From the NCBI GenBank assembly GCA_965208575.1, contig CBDBOV010000004.1, forward strand, positions 128,001 through 192,000: DNA of 64,000 nt, given 5' to 3'. The notes under the pieces were generated by a model that ran no database searches, was not told the origin of the DNA, and saw nothing but the letters and a program-made list of their open reading frames with translations. The translations under genes were made by a program, and so were the position numbers. Origin of the DNA: Spirochaetia bacterium (lineage in GTDB: Bacteria > Spirochaetota > Spirochaetia > SZUA-6 > Bin103). Positions 1-9,189 of this stretch are shown in pieces; within the stretch, counting starts at the first letter, position 1; every line of letters begins with the position of its first letter.

Positions 1-65
1 GGCTCGGGCGCGATCGAGTACCTCTTGCAGATTGGCCAGTGTATCGAGGAGCGAGCGCGTGTCAA
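1..65 (-). promoter_or_regulatory. Sigma70-like promoter (TTGACA-16 nt-TACACT) plus start of a conserved RNA leader, running off the left edge
   Basis: Minus-strand -35 at 60-65 and -10 at 38-43. Positions 1-28 match 22516-22543 at 27/28 nt. Confidence 0.6.
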
Positions 66-167
66 CGCTCAGCCAAAGCCCACTATCCCAAGTTTAACGG
101 GCGAAGGATCGTTTTCGCCGATTTTGGAGGAAAGTGTGCTGATTTGACGGCCTGTAGATGCTCTAAT

Positions 168-2144
168 CCGAGGTTTGAGAGGCCGTTCTTGTAACTGTTT
201 CCTATTACAGGAATTAGCGTGTTCATGGGTGTAAATCGTGTCCATGTAAATAGTCCTGTGGTTCAGCGTTAATTTTCTCTCATCTGGTTGACATGTAATT
301 ATTAAATGATCTACCATTCCCTCCGTAGGGTGCCCATGTACATCGACACCGTCCCCAACCGCAACTCTCCCCCAGCCGTCCTCCTCCGCGAGTCCTTCCG
401 CCAGCACGGCAAGGTCAAAAAACGCACCATCGCCAACCTCTCCAAGTGGCCCGATCACCTCGTCGAGGGTTTGCGCGTCCTCCTCAACGGCGGTATCGCT
501 CTGCGCTCTCCCAACGAACTGCTCTCCATCTTGCGCAGCTATCCCCACGGCCACGTCGCCGCCGTCCTCGGTTCCCTCCGCAAGCTCTCCCTCCATTCCC
601 TCGTCGCTCGTCCCGCCTCCCGTGAACGCGACCTGGTCGTCGCCATGATCGTCGCTCGCGTCGTCGACGCTCGCTCCAAACTCGCCACCGCTCGCGGCCT
701 CAACCCCGAAAGCGCCGTCTCCTCCCTCGGCCACCTGCTGCAGTTGGGAGCCGTCGACGAGAATGAGCTGTATGCCGCCATGGATTGGCTGCTCGCTCGC
801 CAGCACGGCATCGAGCAGCGCTTGGCCAAGCGCCATCTGCATGACAACACGCTCATGTTGTACGACCTGACTTCCAGTTACTTCCATGGCCACACCTGCC
901 CGTTGGCGCGCCGTGGTCACAGCCGCGACGGCAAACGCGGCACCTTGCAGATCGTGTTCGGCCTGCTGTGTACCGCAGACGGCTGTCCCATCGCCGTCGA
1001 GGTATTCGAGGGCTCCACCAGTGACCCCAAGACGGTCGCCGCTCAGGTCGACAAGATTCGCAACCGTTTCGGCTTGCAGCGCGTCGTGCTGGTCGGCGAC
1101 CGCGGCATGCTCACCGGCGCGCGCATCCGCGAGGACCTGCAGGGGATCGACGGCCTGCGCTGGATCACGACCCTGCGGGCGCCCACCATCCGCAAGCTGA
1201 TCGAGGCCGGCGAAGTGGCGCAGACCATGTTCGACGAGCGTGACCTGGCGGAGATCAGCTCACCCGAGTTCCCCGGCGAGCGGCTGATCGTGTGCCGCAA
1301 CCCGATCCTGGCCGAGCAACGGCAGCGCAAGAGGCAGAAGTTGCTGGCCTCCACGGAGGAGGAACTGACGCCGATCGTGACGGCCACGCAGCGCGCCAAA
1401 AAGCCGCTGCGCGGCGCCGCCGCGATCGGCCTGCGGGTGGGCAAGGTGATCAACCACTACAAGGTGGGCAAGCATTTCACCACCACCATCACCGACGACT
1501 CGTTCTCGTTCGTGCGTGACCTGGACAAGATCGCGGCCGAGGAAGAACTGGACGGGCTCTACATCGTGCGCTCCAACGTGGAGCCGGAGCTGTTCGACGC
1601 CGAGCAGACGGTGACGGCGTACAAGGACTTGGCCAAGGTGGAACGTGCGTTCCGCAGCATGAAGACGGTGGATCTGAAGGTGCGACCGATCTATCACCGC
1701 AGCGCAGACCGGGTGCGGGCGCACGTGTTCCTGTGCATGCTGGCCTACTACGTGGAGTGGCACATGCGCAGCAAGCTGGCGCCGGTGCTGTTCGACGACC
1801 ACGACCGCGCCGCCGGCGAGGCGCTGCGCGAGTCGGTGGTGCAACCGGCGGAACGCTCACCGGCCGCACACCGGAAGGCGGCGAGCAAGCGTACCGACGA
1901 CGGTCTGCCGGTGCACAGCTTTCGCAGCCTGATGAGCGAGTTGGGGACGCTGACGGCCAACCGCGTGCGGATAGTGGATAGCGGCGCCACGTTCACCATG
2001 CACAGCGAACCGACCGCGCTGCAGCAGCGCTGTTTCGATCTCCTGGAGGTCAGCGCCCAAGTGTAGCCAGTAACGGACATCGGCTGTTGAGCGCAATTTT
2101 CAGATCAATAACGAATTAACAAGATTCCCGCTCTGGAACTTCGG
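168..2144 (+). mobile_element. IS1634-family element, copy 1 (complete)
   Basis: Imperfect terminal IRs CCGAGGTTTGAGAG / CTCTGGAACTTCGG. 6-bp TSD TCTAAT at 162-167 and 2145-2150. Confidence 0.92.
336..2066 (+). CDS. IS1634-family DDE transposase
   Basis: Motifs LYDLTSSYF, GHSRD, LVGDRGM, VERAFRSMK and RPIYHR. Likely start MYIDTVPNR. Confidence 0.93.
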   Translation: MYIDTVPNRNSPPAVLLRESFRQHGKVKKRTIANLSKWPDHLVEGLRVLLNGGIALRSPNELLSILRSYPHGHVAAVLGSLRKLSLHSLVARPASRERDLVVAMIVARVVDARSKLATARGLNPESAVSSLGHLLQLGAVDENELYAAMDWLLARQHGIEQRLAKRHLHDNTLMLYDLTSSYFHGHTCPLARRGHSRDGKRGTLQIVFGLLCTADGCPIAVEVFEGSTSDPKTVAAQVDKIRNRFGLQRVVLVGDRGMLTGARIREDLQGIDGLRWITTLRAPTIRKLIEAGEVAQTMFDERDLAEISSPEFPGERLIVCRNPILAEQRQRKRQKLLASTEEELTPIVTATQRAKKPLRGAAAIGLRVGKVINHYKVGKHFTTTITDDSFSFVRDLDKIAAEEELDGLYIVRSNVEPELFDAEQTVTAYKDLAKVERAFRSMKTVDLKVRPIYHRSADRVRAHVFLCMLAYYVEWHMRSKLAPVLFDDHDRAAGEALRESVVQPAERSPAAHRKAASKRTDDGLPVHSFRSLMSELGTLTANRVRIVDSGATFTMHSEPTALQQRCFDLLEVSAQV

Positions 2145-2234
2145 TCTAATGAGCCCGAATGTCCATTGTAGTGCCATAATCGTAGGCTGCCCCATTGACC
2201 CCCTCCTCCGCGCCTCGTACCTTCCCTCCAAGCC

Positions 2235-4067
2235 ATGTTCGTGCGCCGTACTCAAACCCGCTCCACCGCCAGCGGCGACCACTATTTCACCTTTCGCCTC
2301 GTCCACTCCCAACGCGTCGGCGCTCGCGTCCGCCAACGCACCCTGCTCAATCTCGGTCGCCACTTCCACATCCCGCAGGATGATTGGCCTCTGCTTTGTG
2401 TCCGCCTCGAACAACTTCTCAGCCCTCAGCAAACCCTCATCCCGGCCACGGTCGCGCCCGCCGTCGAGCAGGAAGCACAACGCATCGCCGCGCAGTTGCT
2501 CGCCCGCCAGGTGTCGCTCGCGCCGACCGCTGCCAAACCGACCGACGGCAACGCCGAGTGCCTGTTCGAGCGCGTCGATGTCGCTTCCCTGGCGTTGCTG
2601 CGACCACGTAGCGTTGGCGTCGAACAGGTCGCCCTGTGGGCCATCCAGCAGGTGCAGCTGATTCCGTTGTTGCAACGACTGGGACTCAACGGTCCCCAGC
2701 GCGCCGCCGCCGTCGGCTCGATCATCGGCCGCATGGCCGCGCCAGGCTCGGAACGCGCTACCTATCGCTGGCTGTGTCAGCGGAGCGCTCTCGGTGAGTT
2801 GCTGGAGGTGGATTTCGAGACCATGAGCATGATGCGCCTGTACCGCGCCGCCGATGCCCTGGTCCGCCACCAGCAGCAGATCGAACGGCATCTGTTCGAC
2901 CAGGTGACCGAGTTGTTCGGATTGCAGACGACCGTCACGTTATACGATCTGACCAACACCTACTTCGAGGGCGTGGCGGCCGCGCAGCCACTGGCCAGCC
3001 ACGGCCATTCCAAGGAGAAGCGCAGCGACTGCCCGTTGTTAACCCTGGCCCTGGTGCTCGATGGCAGCGGCTTCGTGCGCCGCAGCGAGGTGATGGCCGG
3101 CAAGATCTCCGAAGGAGCGGTACTGCGGGGCGTGCTGGAACGTCTTGAAGTACCGAAGGGAGCGCTGATCGTGATGGATTGCGGGGCGGCCACGGAGGAC
3201 AATCTGAACTGGCTGCGCGAGCAGGGGTACCGCTACCTGGTGGTCAGCCTGGAACGCACCCGGCGCTTCGACGCGGCGGCTGCGGTGAGCTTGACGACGG
3301 CGGGCCAGCTGCAGGTACAAGTACAGCAAGTACACAGCGACGATGGCCCGGAGGTACGGCTGTACTGCTACTCGCCGGCACGCGAAGGCAAGGAGCAGGC
3401 GATGCTGAACAAGGCGCGCGCCCGCTTCGAGAAAGCGCTGCAGGAGTTGCACGAGGGGCTGTCGCGACCACGCACGCACAAGAAGACCGAGGCGGTGTGG
3501 CGCCGCATCGGGCGCTTGAAGAGCACCAGCAGCGGTGCCGGACAGCACTACCAGATCAAGGTCGCCACCGACGACAGCGGCCAGCGGGCCACCGCGGTCA
3601 CCTGGGAGCTGCGCCCGGTGGCCGGTTCGAAGCTGACCGATCCGGGGGTGTACTGCCTGCGCAGCAACCAGACCGACTGGGACGCCGAGGCGATGTGGCG
3701 CACCTACATCATGCTCACCGACCTGGAAGCGGTGTTTCGGTCCCTGAAGTCGGAACTGGGGTTGCGCCCGATCTATCACCAGACGGAGGAACGCTCCAAC
3801 GGCCACCTGTTCATCACCGTGCTGGCCTACCAGTTGGTACAGGTGATTCGGCGGCGCCTGCGAGAGCAGCGGGAGAGCCGGTCCTGGAGCAGCCTGCGCG
3901 AGATCCTCGCCGGCCAGCAGCGCGTCACCGCCAGCTTTCGTCGCGCTGATGGCAGCACGTTGCACGTCCGCAAGGCGACGGTGGCCGAGCCCGAACAACG
4001 CGCCCTATACGATGCGTTGGGCGTCGATGCCGCTCCCGGCGGCGTCAAGAAGCTGGTGGTAGCGTAG
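2235..4067 (+). CDS. IS1634-family DDE transposase (different from copies 1 and 2)
   Basis: Motifs LYDLTNTYFEG, GHSKEKRSDC, LEAVFRSLKSELGLRPIYHQ; 610 aa. Confidence 0.9.
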   Translation: MFVRRTQTRSTASGDHYFTFRLVHSQRVGARVRQRTLLNLGRHFHIPQDDWPLLCVRLEQLLSPQQTLIPATVAPAVEQEAQRIAAQLLARQVSLAPTAAKPTDGNAECLFERVDVASLALLRPRSVGVEQVALWAIQQVQLIPLLQRLGLNGPQRAAAVGSIIGRMAAPGSERATYRWLCQRSALGELLEVDFETMSMMRLYRAADALVRHQQQIERHLFDQVTELFGLQTTVTLYDLTNTYFEGVAAAQPLASHGHSKEKRSDCPLLTLALVLDGSGFVRRSEVMAGKISEGAVLRGVLERLEVPKGALIVMDCGAATEDNLNWLREQGYRYLVVSLERTRRFDAAAAVSLTTAGQLQVQVQQVHSDDGPEVRLYCYSPAREGKEQAMLNKARARFEKALQELHEGLSRPRTHKKTEAVWRRIGRLKSTSSGAGQHYQIKVATDDSGQRATAVTWELRPVAGSKLTDPGVYCLRSNQTDWDAEAMWRTYIMLTDLEAVFRSLKSELGLRPIYHQTEERSNGHLFITVLAYQLVQVIRRRLREQRESRSWSSLREILAGQQRVTASFRRADGSTLHVRKATVAEPEQRALYDALGVDAAPGGVKKLVVA

Positions 4068-4229
4068 TGCAACCGCGCGGTTGGTCGGCGAATGTAGTGC
4101 CACACGCGACTTTCCGAATCCCTAACTTCTTCACTTACAAAAAGATAATTTTCGCCCCGTTAACTAGCCCCCTCGGGGCTTTTCATGGGCTCGCTCACGC
4201 GCCGATAATGCAGGCATGGGCGATGAGCT

Positions 4230-5111
4230 ACAGAGGCAGACGACCGCGCGCTGCGCCGTCTGTGCGGCTGGGAGAGTATCCGTGCGCTGCCCAGCGAGGC
4301 GACCTTCTCGCGCGTCTTTGCCGGGTTCGCTGAGGGTACCTTGCCGAGCCGCCTGCACGAGGCGCTGATCGAGAACACCATGGCCGAGCAGTTGGTCGGT
4401 CATGTGTCACGCGATGCGACGGCAATCGAGGGGCGCGAGAAGCCGACGCCGAAGCCCAAGCAGCCAGCCAAACCGAAGCGCAAGCGCGGGCGTCCCCGCA
4501 AGGGCGAGGAACGGCCCAAGGAGCCGAGCCGTCTTGAGCGTCAGCCGCAGATGACGCTGGCCGAGATGCTCGACGACCTGCCGCACGCCTGTGATGTGGG
4601 GACCAAGCGCAACGCCAAGGGAAATAAGGAATCCTGGATCGGCTACAAGCTGCATATCGACGCGGGAGACGGCGGGATTCCGCTCAGTTGCATCCTCACC
4701 TCGGCCTCGGTGCATGACAGCCAAGTCGCGATTCCGTTGGCCACCATGACCGCGGCACGGGTCACCAACCTGTACGACCTGATGGACGCAGCCTACGATG
4801 CCGCCGAGATCAGAGCGCACAGCGCGGCGCTCGGACATGTGCCGATCATCGATGTCAATCCGCGCAACAACGGGTGCCGCATTCAAACGGGAACTGAAGC
4901 AGGAAGCGAAAGCGAGCGCACACTCGGCCAACCGTACGCCAAGGAGGTGCGCTACCGGGAGCGGTCGACGGTGGAGCGCGTCAACGGTCGGCTGAAGGAC
5001 GAATTCGGCGCCCGGCAGGTACGCGTGCGCGGCCACAGCAAGGTGCTGTGCCACCTGATGTTCGGGGTGCTGGCGTTAACCGTGGACCAGTTGCTGCGCC
5101 TGGTGAACTGA
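4230..5111 (+). pseudogene. IS5/IS1182-like DDE transposase, 5'-truncated and degenerate
   Basis: Motifs LPSEATFSR, SRDATAI, WIGYKLHI, LMDAAYD, RSTVERVNGRLK. N-terminus missing; apparent compensating frameshifts at ~4870-4915. Confidence 0.75.
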
Positions 5112-5330
5112 ACCCGCCGCTCCGCCCACCTACCGCCGACCGCAAGCTGATCTCCGGCAGAAGATAACGGACAGCTCTGCCCGCGCCCTGCCACGGACGC
5201 CGCAATGATCTGTGCATTCTGGCCGACTTGGGGTGCCGCTGACGCCATGACGGAGACATTTCCTTATTGAGTATCGACTTAAATGGTTCAACCACTTGAC
5301 AACCACGCCATATTATTGGTTACCATTAGT

Positions 5331-7308
5331 CCGAAGTTCCAGAGTCGGAATCGTGGTAATCGTTATTGAAGTGACAATTACGATCAACAGCCGATGTCCG
5401 TTACTGGCTACACTTGGGCGCTGACCTCCAGGAGATCGAAGCAGCGCTGCTGCAGCGCGGTCGGTTCGCTGTGCATGGTGAACGTGGCGCCGCTGTCCAC
5501 CATCCGCACGCGGTTGGCCGTCAGCGTCCCCAACTCGCTCATCAGGCTGCGAAAGCTGTGCACCGGCAGACCGTCGTCGGTGCGCTTGTTCGCCGCCTTC
5601 CGGCGCGCCGCCGGTGAGCGTTGCGCCGGTTGCACCACCGACTCGCGCAACTGCTCGCCAGCGGCGGGATCGTGGTCGTCGAACAGCACCGGCGCCAGCT
5701 TGCTACGCATGTGCCACTCCACGTAGTAGGCGAGCATGCACAGGAACACGTGCGACCGCACCCGGTCAGCGCTACGGTGGTAGATCGGTCGCACCTTCAG
5801 ATCCACCGTCTTCATGCTGCGGAACGCACGTTCCACCTTGGCCAGGTCCTTGTACGCCGTCACCGTCTGCTCGGCGTCGAACAGCTCCGGCTCCACGTTG
5901 GAGCGCACGATGTAGAGCCCGTCCAGTTCTTCCTCGGCCGCGATCTTGTCCAGATCACGCGCGAACGAGAACGAGTCGTCGGTGATGGTGGTGATGAAAT
6001 GCTTGCCCACCTTGTAGTGGTTGATCACCTTGCCCACCCGCAGGCCGATCGCGCCGGCGCCGCGCAGCGGCTCCTTGGTGCGCTGCGTGGCCGTCACGAT
6101 CGGCGTCAGTTCCTCCTCCGTGGAGGCCAGCAACGCCTGCCTCTTGCGCTGCCGTTGCTCGGCCAGTATCGGGTTGCGGCACACGATCAGCCGCTCGCCC
6201 GGGAACTCGGGTGAACTGATCTCCGCCAGGTCACGCTCGTCGAACATGGTCTGCGCCACTTCACCGGCCTCGATCAGCTTGCGGATGGTGGGCGCCCGCA
6301 GGGTCGTGATCCAGCGCAGACCGTCGATCCCCTGCAGGTCCTCGCGGATGCGCGCGCCGGTGAGCATGCCGCGGTCGCCGACCAGGACGACGCGCTGCAA
6401 GCCGAAGCGGTTGCGAATCTTGTCGACCTGAGCGGCGACCGTCTTGGGATCGCCGGTGGAGCCTTCGAACACCTCGACGGCGATGGGGCAGCCGGCGGCG
6501 GTACACAGCAGCCCGAACACGATCTGCAAGGTGCCGCGCTTGCCGTCACGGCTGTGACCGCGGCGCGCCAACGGGCAGGTGTGTCCCTCGAAGTAACTGG
6601 AAGTCAGGTCGTACAACATGAGCGTGTTGTCATGCAGATGGCGCTTGGCCAAGCGCTGCTCGATGCCGTGCTGGCGAGCGAGTAGCCAGTCTATGGCGCT
6701 GTACAGCTCATTCTCGTCGACGGTGTCCAACTGCAGCAGGTGGCCGAGGGAGGAGACGGCGCTTTCGGGGTTGAGGCCGCGAGCGGTGGCGAGCTTGGAG
6801 CGAGCGTCGACGACGCGAGCGACGATCATGGCGACGACCAGGTCGCGCTCCCGGGAGGCGGGACGAGCGACGAGGGAATGGAGGGAGAGTTTGCGGAGGG
6901 AACCGAGGACGGCGGCGACGTGGCCGTGGGGATAGCTGCGCAAGATGGAAAGCAGTTCGTTGGGAGAGCGGAGAGCGATACCGCCGTTGAGGAGGACGCG
7001 CAAACCATCGACGAGGTGATCGGGCCACTTGGAGAGGTTGGCGATGGTACGTTTTCGGACCTTGCCGTGCTGGCGGAAGGACTCGCGGAGGAGGACGGCT
7101 GGGGGAGAGTTGCGGTTAGGGACGGTGTCGATGTACATGGGCACCCTTTCGGAGGGAAGGGTAGATCATTTAATAATTGACTGTCAATTAGATGAGAGAA
7201 AAAGACCGCTGAAAAACAAGGACTATTTACATGGACACGATTTGCACCCATTATCACGCTAAGTCCTGTTATAGAAAACAGTTACAAGAACGGCCTCTCA
7301 AACCTCGG
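5331..7308 (-). mobile_element. IS1634-family element, copy 2 (complete, inverted relative to copy 1)
   Basis: Same IRs as copy 1. 6-bp TSD ATTAGT at 5325-5330 and 7309-7314. Confidence 0.92.
5408..7138 (-). CDS. IS1634-family DDE transposase
   Basis: Near-identical to the 336-2066 protein, with a few substitutions. Confidence 0.93.
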   Translation of the reverse strand: MYIDTVPNRNSPPAVLLRESFRQHGKVRKRTIANLSKWPDHLVDGLRVLLNGGIALRSPNELLSILRSYPHGHVAAVLGSLRKLSLHSLVARPASRERDLVVAMIVARVVDARSKLATARGLNPESAVSSLGHLLQLDTVDENELYSAIDWLLARQHGIEQRLAKRHLHDNTLMLYDLTSSYFEGHTCPLARRGHSRDGKRGTLQIVFGLLCTAAGCPIAVEVFEGSTGDPKTVAAQVDKIRNRFGLQRVVLVGDRGMLTGARIREDLQGIDGLRWITTLRAPTIRKLIEAGEVAQTMFDERDLAEISSPEFPGERLIVCRNPILAEQRQRKRQALLASTEEELTPIVTATQRTKEPLRGAGAIGLRVGKVINHYKVGKHFITTITDDSFSFARDLDKIAAEEELDGLYIVRSNVEPELFDAEQTVTAYKDLAKVERAFRSMKTVDLKVRPIYHRSADRVRSHVFLCMLAYYVEWHMRSKLAPVLFDDHDPAAGEQLRESVVQPAQRSPAARRKAANKRTDDGLPVHSFRSLMSELGTLTANRVRMVDSGATFTMHSEPTALQQRCFDLLEVSAQV

Positions 7309-7319
7309 ATTAGTCCATA

Positions 7320-8316
7320 ATGAAAACCCAACCCACGCAGGGACCGAAGCAGGGCGGGCCGGGGCGGCACTACCGGAACGGCATCTCGCTGATGGAGTTG
7401 ATGGGCCTGTTCCCTGACGACGATGCGGCCGAGCAGTGGTTCATCAAGACCCGCTGGCCGATCGGCATCCGGTGCCCGCGGTGCGACTCCGACAGCGTGC
7501 AGGAGCGCACCACCCACCCGACGATGCACCACCGGTGCCGGCCCTGCCGGAAGTTCTTCTCGGTCAAGACCGGGACCTCGATGGACTCGTCGAACACCGG
7601 CTACCGCGAGTGGGCGGTCGGGATCTACCTGTTCGCCACCGGGCTGAAGGGCACGTCCAGCATGAAGCTCCGACGGGACCTCGGGCTGGGCCAGAAGGCC
7701 ACTTGGTTCATGGCGCATAGAATCCGTGAGAATTTCAACCGCAACCCGTACCTGTTCGAGGGGCCGGTGGAGCTGGACGAGGCGTACTTCGGCGGGCTCG
7801 AAAAGAATAAGCACGCTAGTAGCAAGAAGCTACCGGGCCGGGCGTGGCGGCGTCGGCAAGACCGTGGTGGCCGGCGCTCGCGACCACGCGACCAGCGAAA
7901 TCAGCGCAGCGGTCGTGACCGGGACGTCACGACAGGAGCTGGAGCCGTTCGCTGAGGAGCGGGTCGCCCCGGACGCCGACATCTACACGGACGATCATGG
8001 TGCCTACCAGCGAAGGCCGAACCGATACACGGTGCGCCACTCCGTCGGCGAGTACGTCAACGATCAGGCGCACGTCAACGGCATGGAGTCCTTCTGGGGA
8101 ATGATGAAGCGGGGCTACCATGGCACCTACCACCGGATGAGTCCCGCTCACCTGCAGCGCTACGTCAACGAGTTCACCGGACGGCATAACCAGCGCGACT
8201 GCGATACCGAGTTGCAGATGCGAATGATGGCGCAGGGCATGGTCGGCAGACGGCTACCCTACAAGCGGCTCACGGCCGGCCGCCGGCGCGACCCTCATTC
8301 CCACATCGCTACCTGA
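7320..8316 (+). pseudogene. IS1595-family transposase with a frameshift near 7825-7850
   Basis: Zn ribbon CPRC...CRPC and VELDEAYFGG in one frame; YTDD, HVNGMESFW and HLQRYVNEF in another. Confidence 0.88.
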
Positions 8317-8797
8317 GACCGCACCACTCGTCCAATTCATCGTCGTCCTCGTTCGTCTGCGCACACCGATCTTGCCATTCATCATCTTCGAGCTGACGTA
8401 TGTAGGCTTCCTCCGCCTCTCGTTGGTAATCATCATCCTCCTCCGCTTCCTGTTGCCGACGCCATTCGTCATATTCGGCCTCTTCGACTCGGCGACGGTA
8501 GGCTTCCTCTTCCATGCGACGTCGTTCATCGCGCTCGGTGGTTTCTGAGGGCCTTGGTACGGCGCGACGACCACGCACGACAGCGACACGGCCATCAGAC
8601 CGGCGCACGACTACAACACGGCGTTCGGGACGGCGTACTACTACAACACGGCGTTCGGGACGGCGTACTACTACAACACGGCGGGGACGGCGTACTACTA
8701 CAACACGGCGGGGACGGCGGAACACCACTGTCGTAGAGCCATCGGTCTTTCGTTCATGAAGCACGCCTATGCACAAGTTCGGAGGCCCGTTGCTCAT
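8309..8797 (-). CDS. Hypothetical charge-segregated protein (RRP(E)RRVVVV repeats plus acidic tail)
   Basis: Open frame downstream of the 8754-9128 gene; all repeat units are multiples of 3. Start uncertain (ATG 8797 or GTG 8764). Confidence 0.5.
   Translation of the reverse strand: MSNGPPNLCIGVLHERKTDGSTTVVFRRPRRVVVVRRPRRVVVVRRPERRVVVVRRPERRVVVVRRSDGRVAVVRGRRAVPRPSETTERDERRRMEEEAYRRRVEEAEYDEWRRQQEAEEDDDYQREAEEAYIRQLEDDEWQDRCAQTNEDDDELDEWCGLR
8601..8719. repeat. Tandem repeat: two 30-nt plus two 27-nt units of CGGCGTACTACTACAACACGGCG(TTC/-)GGGA-like sequence
   Basis: Units begin at 8601, 8631, 8661 and 8688; a degenerate unit lies at ~8571-8600. Confidence 0.95.
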
Positions 8798-9128
8798 AGG
8801 TCGCCTTGATCTCCGATACCCTGGCACGCATCTGCGAGCGCATCTTCTCATCCTCTTTCATCGCGGCCAGCAGATCAAACAACGCAAAGAAAGTGTACTC
8901 ACCCAGCGCTTCGATGTTATCTAGCCGTTGACATACCTCCTGCTCGAACCTGTCGAAACGCTGGTCGACCTCATCGAAACGCCTCAGCACCTCCTGTTCG
9001 AACGCGCGCTGGCGTTGGTCTATTGCATCCAGACGCTGGACGATCACGCTCTGGCTCTGCTCGAACGCCCTTTGACGCTCGCCCATTGCATCCAGGCGCT
9101 GAAGCACCTCCCGCTCAAACTCACTCAC
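8754..9128 (-). CDS. Small coiled-coil protein (QRLDA/QRFD heptad repeats)
   Basis: GTG start with GGAGG RBS and a consensus promoter upstream; repeated EVLQRLD and RFDEVDQRFD segments. Confidence 0.75.
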   Translation of the reverse strand: MSEFEREVLQRLDAMGERQRAFEQSQSVIVQRLDAIDQRQRAFEQEVLRRFDEVDQRFDRFEQEVCQRLDNIEALGEYTFFALFDLLAAMKEDEKMRSQMRARVSEIKATYEQRASELVHRRAS

Positions 9129-9154
9129 GGCAGCCCTCCAATCTCCACATCTGC

Positions 9155-9183
9155 ATCATATCAATGCGCGTAGCACTTGTCAA
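9155..9183 (-). promoter_or_regulatory. Sigma70 promoter TTGACA-17 nt-TATGAT
   Basis: -35 at 9178-9183 and -10 at 9155-9160 on the minus strand. Confidence 0.75.
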
Positions 9184-9189
9184 TAGGTA

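Larger units (their letters stand above)
87..4164 (+). mobile_element. Second-type IS1634-family element whose left end is interrupted by IS1634 copy 1
   Basis: Left end CCCAAGTTTAACGGGCGAA at 87 partly matches the reverse complement of TTCGCCCCGTTAAC at ~4151-4164. The right IR looks clipped and no TSD is visible. Confidence 0.55.

Noticed and set aside
168-7308. Composite transposon bounded by the two IS1634 copies
   Set aside because: Each copy carries its own 6-bp TSD (TCTAAT and ATTAGT).
7820-7860. Programmed frameshift in IS1595 #1
   Set aside because: No clear slippery motif, and IS1595 #2 is continuous across the same region; mutational decay is more likely.
8601-8719. CRISPR array
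   Set aside because: The units are contiguous with no unique spacers and there are no cas genes; it is a frame-preserving tandem repeat.
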